Both the position numbers and the translations under genes were made by a program. Positions 17,972 through 28,300 of a stretch of DNA of 64,000 nucleotides are shown in pieces. The notes beneath the pieces are model-generated. The model searched no databases, was not told where the DNA came from, and saw only the letters and a program-made list of their open reading frames with translations. How positions within the stretch are numbered: position 1 is the first letter of the stretch; the number at the start of each line of letters is the position of its first letter. Origin of the DNA: Candidatus Eiseniibacteriota bacterium (GTDB lineage: Bacteria; Eisenbacteria; RBG-16-71-46; CAZAMP01); contig OZ245046.1 of assembly GCA_965224245.1 (NCBI GenBank), positions 4,992,001-5,056,000 on the forward strand. Reading direction: 5' to 3'.

Positions 17972-18544
17972 TCACTCGTCGGTGGTCATGTCCCGGTGGA
18001 GGCGCGCGACGATGTAGCGCCAGTCGTAGTCGACCGTCCGAACCGACACGCCGAGCGCCGCAGCCGTCTCCTCGCGGGTGAGGCCCGCGAAGTACCGGAG
18101 CTTGACGATGTCGGCCTTGCGGGGATCGTCGGCCTCGAGACGGGACAGCGCCTGGTCCAGCGCGAGCATGTCCTCGACCGGAGCATCGACCGCCACGTCC
18201 ACGTCGTCGACGTCCAGCCGCTTCTGATCCCCGCCTCGCTTGAGGCTGGACTTCCGGCGTGCCTGCTCCACCAGGATCTGGCGCATCGCCTCGGCCGCGA
18301 CCGCGAAGAAGTGCCCCCGGCCGTTCCACTTGGGATCGGTCGCTCCGACCAGGCGGATGTAGGCCTCGTGCACGAGCGCCGTCGGCTGGAGCGTGTTGCC
18401 GGGCGGTACCTTGGCCATGCGCGAGCGCGCCAGCTTGCGGAGCTCCCCGTACACGAGCGGCAGCAGCTCGGACGCCGCCCGCTCGTCGCCCTGGCTCGCC
18501 GCGATCAGGACGCGGGTGATTGGACCCTTCGGTTCCTCTGCCAT
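17972..18544 (-). CDS. ECF sigma factor, TIGR02999/ECF43-like
   Basis: 'LLPLVYGELRKLA', 'TLQPTALVHEAY', 'HFFAVAAEAMRQILVEQAR', 'LRYFAGL..EETA..LGVS.RTV..DW'. Confidence 0.9.
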   Translation of the reverse strand: MAEEPKGPITRVLIAASQGDERAASELLPLVYGELRKLARSRMAKVPPGNTLQPTALVHEAYIRLVGATDPKWNGRGHFFAVAAEAMRQILVEQARRKSSLKRGGDQKRLDVDDVDVAVDAPVEDMLALDQALSRLEADDPRKADIVKLRYFAGLTREETAAALGVSVRTVDYDWRYIVARLHRDMTTDE

Positions 18545-18814
18545 GATCTCTCCGGAGCTAGCTCTTCAGAACGTCACCTTCAGGTGCACGCGGGACTCGG
18601 CGATCCTCGCGCGGCTGCCGATCTCGGCGGTTCGTTCGATCGACGTCGATCCTCCGGTCGTGCCCGGCGGCCGGCCCGCACGAGACCTTCGAGGATGGAC
18701 GCGAGTGCGAGCGAACGAGAGGATCATACCGCGTTTGGGGGGTCGGCACAGGCTCCGAGACCGAAGGCCGCCCGAACGCCCCGACGACCACCCGGAAACC
18801 GGTCCGCCCGACCC

Positions 18815-19552
18815 CTACGGGCGGGCGATTCGCCGGGGCTCGCCCGTGGGCTGAACGCCCTTCACGATGGTGGCGACGCCGTACCAGCTCGACCACCCGG
18901 CGGGATCGTCCACGTCGACGAACGGATCGTCACCCGCGTCGTGCGGCGCCGGAGCCGCGTCGGAGCTCGCGTCGTCGACGACGAGCGCGTAGAAGTCGTT
19001 CTCGGACTGGTACGCGTCCACGTCGGGCTCACCCTTGGCCGGACGCCCGCGGCGCATGCCGTCGTGATCGCGCACGTGCTCTCCCGCTCGGTCGCGCAGC
19101 GCGAGCGAGGTGCCGTCGACAGGAGAGCCTGGAGATTCGCCCCCCGCCGAGACCGGCGCGTCCACGATCGGAGGCGTGTCCACCTCGGCGAGGACGGGGG
19201 CGTCGGGTGAGGACTGACGACCCACGCCGATGCCGAGCCCGAACGCGGTGACGATGCTCGCGGCCAACGCGACCGGCCTCCACCAGGTTCGCGCACGGAG
19301 GTCGCCCGATGCCCGCGATGGCAGCGCGATCGGCTCGACCGGAGGCGTCGCCGACGGGGCACCCGCGTGGGCGGGATCCTCGGCGTCGGCCGCGCCGATC
19401 AGCCCGCGCGCCCGGAGCGCGGCGACGATGCGATCCTCCAGGTCCGGGGACGGGGCGTCGGCCGGCGTGCCCAGTGACTCGAACGCCGCTCGTTCGGCGT
19501 CGGTCAGGTGATCGGTGGGCTCGTGTCGTCGGTCAGAGTAGTCGTGGCTCAT
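18815..19552 (-). CDS. Putative single-pass anti-sigma factor
   Basis: Overlaps the sigma gene by 20 nt; 'PSPDLEDRIVAALR', one TM 'VALAASIVTAFGLGIGVG'. Confidence 0.6.
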   Translation of the reverse strand: MSHDYSDRRHEPTDHLTDAERAAFESLGTPADAPSPDLEDRIVAALRARGLIGAADAEDPAHAGAPSATPPVEPIALPSRASGDLRARTWWRPVALAASIVTAFGLGIGVGRQSSPDAPVLAEVDTPPIVDAPVSAGGESPGSPVDGTSLALRDRAGEHVRDHDGMRRGRPAKGEPDVDAYQSENDFYALVVDDASSDAAPAPHDAGDDPFVDVDDPAGWSSWYGVATIVKGVQPTGEPRRIARP

Positions 19553-20123
19553 GGGTTTCTCGTGCGTCTGTTTCCCGTGTGTCGTTCAGCCATGTGCGGA
19601 CCGCGCGCCTCGCGCGGCTCAGCTGGCTCTTCGAGGTTCCCGTCTCGATTCCGAGGAGCGACCCGATCTCCGCGTGAGTATACCCCTCGATGTCGTGCAG
19701 GATCAGCACCTCGCGATATCCCGCCGGCAGCCGGGAGATCGCCCGTTCCAGATCGATTCGACCCAGCGAGCCGTTCCGGGCCGGCGAGACCGGTCCGTCG
19801 AGCCCGTCCAGGGTGTCTCCATCGTCGCGTGCGCGGCGACGGATGGCCTCGCGGCAGCAGTTCAACGCGATCCCCGTCAGCCAGCTCGGGAGCGCCGACT
19901 CCCATCTGAACCCGGAGAGGCGCTCGGCGGCCCGGATCCACGTCGTCTGCACGATGTCCTCGGCGTCACGGCGCCGCCCGGCGGACATGCGAAGAGCGAC
20001 CCGGTAGAGAACGGGCGTGTGGCGTTGGTACAGGGCACGGAACGCACGTTCACACCGGTCGTTCAGAAACGACTCGACGAGTGATCGATCGCTGAATTCC
20101 GCGTGCAGCCCGGTATCCGCCAT
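19533..20123 (-). CDS. ECF RNA polymerase sigma factor (sigma-70 family)
   Basis: 'AF..LY.RH', 'DAEDIVQ', 'WL.GIA.N', 'LP.GYREV.IL..IEGY.HAEI...LGI..GTSKSQLSRAR'; start ATG 20123. Confidence 0.9.
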   Translation of the reverse strand: MADTGLHAEFSDRSLVESFLNDRCERAFRALYQRHTPVLYRVALRMSAGRRRDAEDIVQTTWIRAAERLSGFRWESALPSWLTGIALNCCREAIRRRARDDGDTLDGLDGPVSPARNGSLGRIDLERAISRLPAGYREVLILHDIEGYTHAEIGSLLGIETGTSKSQLSRARRAVRTWLNDTRETDARETHEPRLL

Positions 20124-20226
20124 GTGTGTCGTTCCGTCCACCCCCGTCGACCCGACCCCCGGTCGACCCGATCGCGTGTGTCGAGTCGTCCACCGGACAT
20201 GGAAAGACCCACGTCCGTGGGTGAGT

Positions 20227-20260
20227 GGGGAGAGGGGGGATGCTCGAGCATCTCCCCCCC
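20227..20260 (-). terminator. Hairpin downstream of the thioredoxin gene
   Basis: Palindrome GATGCTCGAGCATC (20239-20252) flanked by G and C runs; no U-tract. Confidence 0.3.
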
Positions 20261-20312
20261 GCCGTATCGTCGGCACGCTCTCGCGCACCGTCTCTCCGCT
20301 AGCGTCGTCCCG

Positions 20313-21509
20313 TTACTTCGACGCGAGCTGCTGCTGACGCAGCTCCTCCTCGAACCTCGAGGCCTGCTGTGTGAAGTACGGGTTGTTCGGATCCTCGGCG
20401 ATCGCCATCTGGATCAGCGTGACGGCTTCCTCGCAGTCGCCCTTCAGATTGCAGATCTCGGCCAGCGTGTCGTAGATGTTGGCCTTCTGCGATCCGGCCT
20501 CGGCCAGCGAGATGCCCTGGTTGGCGATCTCGTACGCCTCGTCCAGGTTGATCGCGTTCTCGAAGCACCACCACGCGAAGTTGTTGAGCTGGTTGGGCTG
20601 GGTCTCCCAGTCCTCGGGCATCGACGCGCGCTTGGTCTCCACGGCCTTGTCCACGTCGCCTTCCACGTGCAGCACGTAGTCCGCGGCGTACCAGTTGCGG
20701 TACTTGGCGATCTCCTTGCCCTCCAGGCCCTCGGTCCGGTCCATCGCGGCCTGGAGGTACGGCACGAAGAAGTCGTCGTCGCCGGCCTTGCGCGACAGCT
20801 CGCGGACGTTCCAGAGCACGCCGAACAGCCGGGCCTGCTCGCCGCCGGAGGTGCGCGCGAAGACCGCATCGGCGGCCTCGCCGACCTGGTCCAGCGTGAA
20901 GAGGCTGTGCTTGGCTCCGGTCGAGACCGCGGTGAAGTAGCCCCAGGTGTGGTCGGCGCGCCGATCGAGATTCATCGCCTGCTGGAAGTACGCGGCGGCC
21001 TCGGCGGCCATTCCCTCCGAGAGGCGGATCTTGGCGATCTTGGCCGCGTCGCCGGCTGACGGATGCGACGCGAAGCGAGTGAGACGCTCGGAGAGCGGGA
21101 TCATGTCGGCGACCGCGTGATCGACGCTCTCGACGAAGTAGTCGGCCTTCTTGAAGCCCATCCAGCGGTCCATCACCGCCCCGTCGGCGTTGGTCAACAG
21201 GAAGGTCGGGTAGTTGGTGACGTTGTACTGCTTGGCGATCTCCACGCCGTCGCCCTTCTCGGCGTCGAGCTGGACGAGGATGACCTTCTCGCCGAGCGCG
21301 GTGCGGAAGTCGGCATTCTCGTCGACCGCGGCGTCGAAGCTCTTGCAGACCGAGCACCACTCGGTGCCGACCTTGAACAGGACCGGCTTCTCGGTCTCCG
21401 CCGACTTGACCATGGCATCGGCGACCGAGAGTGAATGCGTACCGGCGGACACCCAGCCCGCCGTGGCGAGGCTGAGCGCGGCGAACGTGATCAGAGCACG
21501 GGTTCTCAT
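20313..21509 (-). CDS. Exported thioredoxin-family protein with C-terminal TPR repeats
   Basis: Signal peptide; WCSVC; 'YPTFL'; TPR 'LNNFAW..DTLAEI'. Confidence 0.85.
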   Translation of the reverse strand: MRTRALITFAALSLATAGWVSAGTHSLSVADAMVKSAETEKPVLFKVGTEWCSVCKSFDAAVDENADFRTALGEKVILVQLDAEKGDGVEIAKQYNVTNYPTFLLTNADGAVMDRWMGFKKADYFVESVDHAVADMIPLSERLTRFASHPSAGDAAKIAKIRLSEGMAAEAAAYFQQAMNLDRRADHTWGYFTAVSTGAKHSLFTLDQVGEAADAVFARTSGGEQARLFGVLWNVRELSRKAGDDDFFVPYLQAAMDRTEGLEGKEIAKYRNWYAADYVLHVEGDVDKAVETKRASMPEDWETQPNQLNNFAWWCFENAINLDEAYEIANQGISLAEAGSQKANIYDTLAEICNLKGDCEEAVTLIQMAIAEDPNNPYFTQQASRFEEELRQQQLASK

Positions 21510-21836
21510 GAGCGAGCAGTCCTTTCGAGTGGGGGCGAACGCCCTAAGTATATAAGCCAGAGGTTTTTGCGAGTGAGCTCAAATCGCACCGGACCCATGA
21601 CGAGTGCGACGGGGGGCGGCGTGGGCCGGGTTGATCGCCACCCCCCATCACTCGAGTCGCTAGGTTAGTGCACGGACGGCGCGCCAGGGTTGCACCGCTA
21701 ACGGAATACATTCCAGCTGGATATGGGTCGCGAGGAGCGGAGGCGCCTCGCGGCCCTTGGCCGATGTCCCCGGGTTTGCGACACTCCCCGATCGGTTGAC
21801 ACGAGTCGGTCCTCTCGAGCGAAAGGACTCGTCGAG

Positions 21837-24266
21837 GTGCGGATTCGAGCGCTCGTTCGGTGCAAGGCCGGGCTAGCCGGGCTGTCGGTCGCCACGCTCG
21901 CGGTCGTGTGGACCCCGGTCCCACGGGCCGCCGAGACGGGCACGGCGCCGGGGCGCGCCGTGCAGATCGGGGTCGTCATCGATGGCCCGGGTCCATTGAA
22001 CGAGCCGGTCTCCGCGCTGGTGCGGGACGCCATCGACGAGCTGTCCGGCGACACGTTCGACATCACCTATCCCATCTCCGCGACCCGGGTCGCCGACTGG
22101 AGCGCCGGGGGCGTCTCGGCCGCGCTCGACGCCGTTCTGGCCGATCCGGACGTGGATCTGGTCCTGGCCATGGGCGTCATCGCCTCCTACGACGCCGCTC
22201 GCCGGGGACCGTTGCCGAAGCCGGTCATCGCGCCGTTCGTGCTGAACTCCGGGGGCGACATCGTTCCCGACCCCGACGGCGCGTCGGGCATCCGGAACCT
22301 GAGCTACCTCCTGATGCCACGGACGTTCCGGCGAGACGTGGAGGCCTTCTCCGAGATCGTCGCGCTTCACGAGCTCGCCGTGCTGTACAGCGGACGCATC
22401 GCCCGCGCGCTACCGGACATTCCGGCCAACGCGGCCGAGACCCTCGAGGAGATGGGCATCCGGTTCGAGAGTGTGTTGGTGGAGGACGACACCCGGGCCG
22501 CGCTGTCGCGCCTGGACAGCCTGGGGACGATCGACGGGGTCTTCGTGATGCCACAGATCCACCTGCCGGTGGCGGAGATGCGCGAGCTGGCGGACGGGCT
22601 CGTCGCCCGCCGCCTGCCGAGCTTCTCGCTCCTGGGGAGACGCGACGTCGAAGCGGGCATCCTCGGAAGTCTGAATCCCGACATCTTCCCGCGTCTCGCC
22701 CGACGCGTCGCATTGCACGTGCACAACACGCTCCTCGGCGACCCTCCCTCCGAGATGAGCGTCGCGTTTGCAGCGGGCGAGCGGCTGACCGTGAACACGG
22801 GCACCGCGGATGCGATCGGACTCCCGCTGAGCTGGAGCATGGTCACCCAGGCCGACATCGTGAGCCCCGAGGCGGACGAGCGGGCACGCCGCGTGAATCT
22901 CGATCTCATCGTCGAGGAGGCGCTACGCGTGAATGCCGATCTCGACGCGGCCGCTCTCGCGGTGGACGCGGGCGCGGCCGACGTGTCGCGGGCGCGCTCG
23001 GCGCTCCTGCCCCGGATCGACCTGCGCGGAACGGGCGTCGTGATCGACGAGGATCGGGCCTCTCCACTGAGCGCCGCCGAGCGGACGATCACCGGCGCCG
23101 CCAGCGCCTCGCAGGTGATCTGGTCCGAGCCGGCGCTGGCCGACCTGGCCATCCAGCGCTCGCGACAGGAGCAGCGGGTCGCCGAGTACGACGCCGTTCG
23201 CCTCGACGTGGCCCAGGCCGCGGCGACCGCCTACTTCCGGGTGCTGCGCGCGTCGAGCCTCGAGCAGATCCAGAAGCGCAACGTGCAGCTCACCCGGTCG
23301 AACCTGGAGCTCGCCGAGGTACGCGAGCTGATCGGTCAGTCCGGTCCGTCCGAGACGCTTCGGTTCCAGAGCCAGCTCGCGAGCGACACGCGCGACGCGA
23401 TCGAGGCGAACTCGCGGCGAAACGTGGCCGAGATGGAGCTGAACCGGATCCTGAGCCGGCCCCTGGAGGAGCCGTTCGCGCCGGAGGACGAGTCGCTCGA
23501 GGGCCTGATCCGGGCGCTGCGCGAGTCGGGCCTGACCCGGTTCTTCGACAGCAAGGCCTCGTTCGCGGCATTCCGGGAGTTCATGGCCCGCGAAGCGGTG
23601 GATGCCTCGCCGGAGCTGGCGGCCCTGGATGCAGCCATCACGGCCCAGGATCGCGCGCTCTCGTCGGCGTCGCGCGCGTTCTGGTCGCCCACGCTGACTC
23701 TCGCCGGGGAGGTGGCCCACCGCTTCGACGAGTCGGGGGCGGGCACCGGAGATCCGCCCGCCGTGCTGGGATCGGCGCCCGACGACACCGACTGGAACGT
23801 CGCGCTCTCGCTGACGTTTCCGCTCTTCTCGGGCGGCGGCAAGCTCGCGGATCGTTCACGGGCGCATGGCACGCTGGCCGAGCTCCGCCGCCGGCGGGAA
23901 GCGACGGCCGAGCGCATCGAGCAACGGGTCCGAGCCGCGTTGCACCTCGCGGGCGCGTCCCACGCCGGTATCTACCAGGCCGACATCGCCTCCGACGCCG
24001 CCCGCCGGAGCCTCGACGCGGTCGTCGACGCGTACGGGCAGGGCGTCGTCTCCATACTGGATCTTCTCGACGCCCAGACGACCGCACGGGTCGCCGAGGA
24101 GCAGGCGGCGGCGGCCATCTACGACTTCCTCATCGATCTGATGGAGGCACAGCGCGCCGTCGGACGACTCTCGCTCTTCATCGATCCCGCCGAGCGCCGG
24201 TCGCTGATCGAGCGCTGCACGGCCTACTTCGATTCCCGGGGGCTCGCCGATCCGGGCCGACGGTGA
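21837..24266 (+). CDS. TolC-family outer-membrane efflux protein with N-terminal ABC substrate-binding-like domain
   Basis: C-terminal OEP repeats ('ARSALLPRI', 'Y.QG.VSILDLLDAQ'); about 340 aa alpha/beta N-terminal region; GTG 21837 with AAAGGA SD. Confidence 0.8.
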   Translation: MRIRALVRCKAGLAGLSVATLAVVWTPVPRAAETGTAPGRAVQIGVVIDGPGPLNEPVSALVRDAIDELSGDTFDITYPISATRVADWSAGGVSAALDAVLADPDVDLVLAMGVIASYDAARRGPLPKPVIAPFVLNSGGDIVPDPDGASGIRNLSYLLMPRTFRRDVEAFSEIVALHELAVLYSGRIARALPDIPANAAETLEEMGIRFESVLVEDDTRAALSRLDSLGTIDGVFVMPQIHLPVAEMRELADGLVARRLPSFSLLGRRDVEAGILGSLNPDIFPRLARRVALHVHNTLLGDPPSEMSVAFAAGERLTVNTGTADAIGLPLSWSMVTQADIVSPEADERARRVNLDLIVEEALRVNADLDAAALAVDAGAADVSRARSALLPRIDLRGTGVVIDEDRASPLSAAERTITGAASASQVIWSEPALADLAIQRSRQEQRVAEYDAVRLDVAQAAATAYFRVLRASSLEQIQKRNVQLTRSNLELAEVRELIGQSGPSETLRFQSQLASDTRDAIEANSRRNVAEMELNRILSRPLEEPFAPEDESLEGLIRALRESGLTRFFDSKASFAAFREFMAREAVDASPELAALDAAITAQDRALSSASRAFWSPTLTLAGEVAHRFDESGAGTGDPPAVLGSAPDDTDWNVALSLTFPLFSGGGKLADRSRAHGTLAELRRRREATAERIEQRVRAALHLAGASHAGIYQADIASDAARRSLDAVVDAYGQGVVSILDLLDAQTTARVAEEQAAAAIYDFLIDLMEAQRAVGRLSLFIDPAERRSLIERCTAYFDSRGLADPGRR

Positions 24267-24280
24267 GAAAGGGACTGCCC

Positions 24281-25375
24281 ATGAGACGCATGTACGCGCA
24301 CGTGATGCCGCTCCTGTCGCTCGGTCTCGCGGTCGCGCTCGCATGCGATCGTGAGGAGCCCGGGCGCGAGACGATCGTTCGTCCCGTTCGCTACGAACGC
24401 GTGTACTCGGGCGCCACGAGTCGTGTCCGGTCGTTCTCGGGAACCGCCCGAGCCAGCATCGAGTCACGGCTGAGCTTCAAGGTCGCGGGAACGATCGAAC
24501 GACTCAACGTGACCATGGGAGACGCCGTGTCGGCCGGCGACGAGATCGGCCACCTCGACGACGACGACTACCGGATCCGCGTGGATCAGACGTCGGCCTC
24601 GCTGGAGCAGGCCAAGGCCCAGGCTCGCAACGCGGAGAGCAGCTATCGCCGCACGCTCGGCCTGTACGAGAACAACAACGCGTCGCGTGATCAGCTCGAT
24701 GCCGCGCGCGCGGCCAAGGAATCGGCCGAGGCGCAGGTGCGATCCCTCGAGAACAGCCTGGAGCTCGCGCGTCTCCAGCTCAGCTACACGCGTCTGATCG
24801 CGCCGGTGACCGGGAGCATCATGTCGGCGCCGGTCGAGGTGAACGAGAACGTGCAGGCCGGTCAGACCATCGTCACGCTCTCCGCGGGCGCCGAGCCCGA
24901 GGTCGTCGTCGGGGTGCCGGAGATCCTGATCTCGCAGATCCGGGACGGCGCGCCGGTGACGGTCACGTTCGACGCGATCTCCGGCCGGCGGTTCGCCGCC
25001 GTCGTGACCGAGGTAGCGATCGCGCCGTCACCGGGCTCGTCCACGTTCCAGGTGACCGCGCGTCTCGAGGAATCCGATCCGGCCATCCGATCGGGAATGG
25101 CGTGCGAGGTCGCCTTCGAGTTCGAGTCCGCGCACCGCGACGGCTTCCTCGTGCCGCCCGTCGCCGTGCTGGAGGATCGTACCGGACGCTTCGTCTATGT
25201 CGTGGACATCGGCGAGGGCGACAGCGGCACCACCCGCCGGGTGAGCGTGGAGACCGGCGAGCTGACCTCCGACGGTCTCGAGATCCTCAGCGGCCTCACC
25301 GACGGCGACATCGTGGTCACGGCCGGGGTGTCCCGGATCACCGACGGCCAGACCGTCCGGCTCCTCGCGAACTGA
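24281..25375 (+). CDS. RND efflux periplasmic adaptor (MFP) lipoprotein
   Basis: Lipobox LAC; 'LSFKVAGTI', 'YTRLIAPVTG', 'GL..GD.VVTAG'. An in-frame GTG at 24263 overlaps the TolC stop. Confidence 0.9.
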   Translation: MRRMYAHVMPLLSLGLAVALACDREEPGRETIVRPVRYERVYSGATSRVRSFSGTARASIESRLSFKVAGTIERLNVTMGDAVSAGDEIGHLDDDDYRIRVDQTSASLEQAKAQARNAESSYRRTLGLYENNNASRDQLDAARAAKESAEAQVRSLENSLELARLQLSYTRLIAPVTGSIMSAPVEVNENVQAGQTIVTLSAGAEPEVVVGVPEILISQIRDGAPVTVTFDAISGRRFAAVVTEVAIAPSPGSSTFQVTARLEESDPAIRSGMACEVAFEFESAHRDGFLVPPVAVLEDRTGRFVYVVDIGEGDSGTTRRVSVETGELTSDGLEILSGLTDGDIVVTAGVSRITDGQTVRLLAN

Positions 25376-25395
25376 CCGCGAAAGGATTGACGTGA
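25372..25395 (+). other. Bridging mini-ORF with CTG start (LTAKGLT*)
   Basis: CTG 25372 overlaps TGA 25373-25375; its TGA 25393-25395 overlaps GTG 25392. Confidence 0.3.
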
Positions 25396-28300
25396 ACGTC
25401 ACCCGCGCCGCGATCGAGAAGAGCACCGTCACGCTGGTCGCGCTCACGTGTGTCGTGCTGGGCGGCCTGTCGGCGTACCGCACGCTCCCGCGCTCGGAGG
25501 ATCCGGGCTTCGTCATTCGCACGGCCCTCGTCCAGACCGTCTTTCCCGGCGCGAGCCCCGAACGCGTCGAGCTCCTCGTGACCGACAAGCTCGAGAAGGC
25601 GATCCAGGAGATTCCGGAGCTCGACTACGTATCCAGCACCTCGAAGACCGGCATCTCGATCATCTACGTGAACATCCTGGAGAGCGAGACGCACATGCGT
25701 CCCATCTGGGACGACCTTCGCCGGAAGGTCGAGCGGGTCAGGAGCGAGCTGCCCGAGGGCATCATCGGCCCCAGCGTGAACGACGAGTTCGGCGACGTCT
25801 TCGGTACCGTGATCACGATCGTCGGCGAGGGCTTCAGCTACGCCGAGCTGAAGAACGTGGCGGACGAGGTGCGCGACGAGTTCCTGCTCCTGCCCGACGT
25901 GGCCAAGGTGGATCTCTACGGTGCTCAGGACGAGCGCATCTTCGTCGAGTACAGCAACGCCCGTTTGGCCGAGCTCGGCATGTCGCCCCATCAGCTCCGG
26001 ACGGCGCTGTCGGGACTCAACATCATCATTCCCGGCGGCGAGATCCAGAGCGGCCGGGAGCGGGTGGCGCTCGAGCCTTCGGGCAACTTCCAGTCCGTGG
26101 ACGACATCCGTCGCTCGATCATCAACGTCCCCGGCAGCCGCGACCTGGTGTTCCTCGAGGACATCGCCGAGGTGACGCGCGGCTACGTCGATCCGCCCAC
26201 GGCGCGCGCGCGGGCGAGCGGCGAGAACGCGATCGCGCTGGCCATCTCCATGCGAGAGGGCGGCAACATCGTCGATCTCGGAGACCAGGTGCTGGCCACG
26301 CTGGATCGGATCGAAACCCAGTACCCGATCGGGATCGAGTTCGACCTGCAGCTCTTTCAGCCGCGGGAGGTATCGGAGATCGTCGACGGATTCGTGTCGA
26401 ACCTCCTCCAGGCGATCGGCATCGTGATGGTGGTGATGCTGTTCAGCCTCGGCGTGCGGACCGGGCTGATCGTGGCGAGCTTGATCCCGTCGGCGATGAT
26501 CCTGAGCCTTCTCGTCATGTCGGTGTTCGGGATCGGGCTCAATCAGATGTCGCTGGCGGCGCTGATCATCGCGCTCGGGCTCCTGGTGGACAACGCGATC
26601 GTCATGTCGGAGTCCATCATGGTCCAGATGACGGCCGGGAAGTCCGGCATCAGGGCCGCCGTGGACTCCGCGAGCGAGCTCCGCGTCCCGCTCCTGACGT
26701 CGTCGCTGACCACGGCCGCGGCGTTCATGCCCATCGCGCTGGCCGAGTCGGCGGTCGGCGAGTACACCGCGCCGATCTTCTACGTGGTCTCGATCGCGCT
26801 GCTCTCGTCGTGGGTGCTCTCTCTGACGATCATCCCGCTCTTCTGTGCCAAGGGCCTTCGTGTCCAGCCGACCGGGGCGAACGATGGAGACACGTTCGAC
26901 GGGCGATGGTATCGCCTCTACCGGTCGTGGCTGACCGGCGCGCTCGGAAGGCCGCTCGTGTTTCTGCTCGCGGTCGTCCTGATTTTCGTCGGCGTCATGG
27001 GGCTCATGCGGTTCGTGCCCAACATCTTCTTCCCGGGCAAGGACGTGACGTTCTTCACCGTGGAGTTCCAGTTTCCCACCGGTACGGACTTCCGGTACAC
27101 CGAGTCGGCCGTCCGGGACGTGGAATCCTACATGGGCGAGACCCTGATGGCGCCGGCCCCCGGCGAGCCCGGCATCCAGAAGTGGGTCACCTACGTCGGC
27201 GAGGGCGGGCCGCGGTTTCAGCTGCCCTTCAACCCCGAGCCTCCAAACCCCGGCTACGCGTTGACGGTGATCAACGCCACCAGCAAGCGCGACTTCGACC
27301 TCATCACCCCCGCGATCGAGACCTACTGCCGTGATCGATACCCGGACATGAAGACGACGATCACCGAGATCGCCAACGGTCCGCCGGTGGCCAGTCCGGT
27401 GGAGATCCGGATCCGGGGACGCGAGCAGGATCGCATCTTCGACATCGTCGACCGGGTCAAGGCCGAGCTGGCGTCGATTCCCGGCACCAAGAACATCGAC
27501 GACGACTGGGGCGTCCGCACCAAGAAGCTCGTCGTCCGCGTGGACCAGGCGCGTGCCCAGCGGGCCGGCATCAGCAGCCAGGATGTGGCGCTTTCCCTCC
27601 AGACGACCCTGAGCGGGCTCGAGCTCTCGCAGTACCGTGAGGGCGATCAGGTGATCCCGATCAGCCTCCGATCGGTGGAAGCCGACCGGCAGGATCTCGG
27701 CAAGCTGGAGAGCCTCAACGTGTACTCCCAGGCCACCGGGCGGGCGGTCCCGCTCAAGCAGGTGGCCGACGTCGAGATGGTCTGGGAGCCCTCGAAGATC
27801 CTCCGTCGCGATCGGCTGCCCACGGTGAACGTGTCTTGTCAGATCGACGAGAGCGTCACTGCGTCCGACGTGTTCACGGCGATCGCGCCCTGGCTCGAGG
27901 CACAGGCGCCGAGCTGGGGGCTCGGATACGGCTACGAGTTCGGTGGGGAAGCCGAGGCGTCCGTGACCGCGCAGGCGTCGGTCATGGCCAAGCTCCCGAT
28001 CGCGGCGCTGGTGATCGTGCTGCTCCTGGTCGCGCAGTTCAACAGCGTCCGCAAGCCGGTGATCATCCTGCTGACGATCCCGCTGGGACTGATCGGCGTG
28101 GTCATCGGACTCCTGGTGGCCGATTCGTACTTCGGGTTCATGACCTTTCTCGGGGTCATCTCGCTCTCGGGAATCGTGATCAACAACGCGATCGTGCTGC
28201 TCGACCGCATTCAGATCGAGATCGACGCCGGACTCGAGCCGGCGGCCGCGATCGTCGAGGCCTCGCAGCGCCGGCTGAGGCCGATTCTCCTGACCACGCT

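Noticed and set aside
21600-21760. Hairpins and a possible sigma-54 site in the thioredoxin/tolC divergent region
   Set aside because: GG-to-GC spacing is 12 rather than 10 nt, and the hairpins match no RNA family I recognise.
21860-25375. 1171-aa ORF suggesting a giant MFP fusion
   Set aside because: The first 807 codons are an alternate frame over tolC; the real MFP starts at 24263 or 24281.
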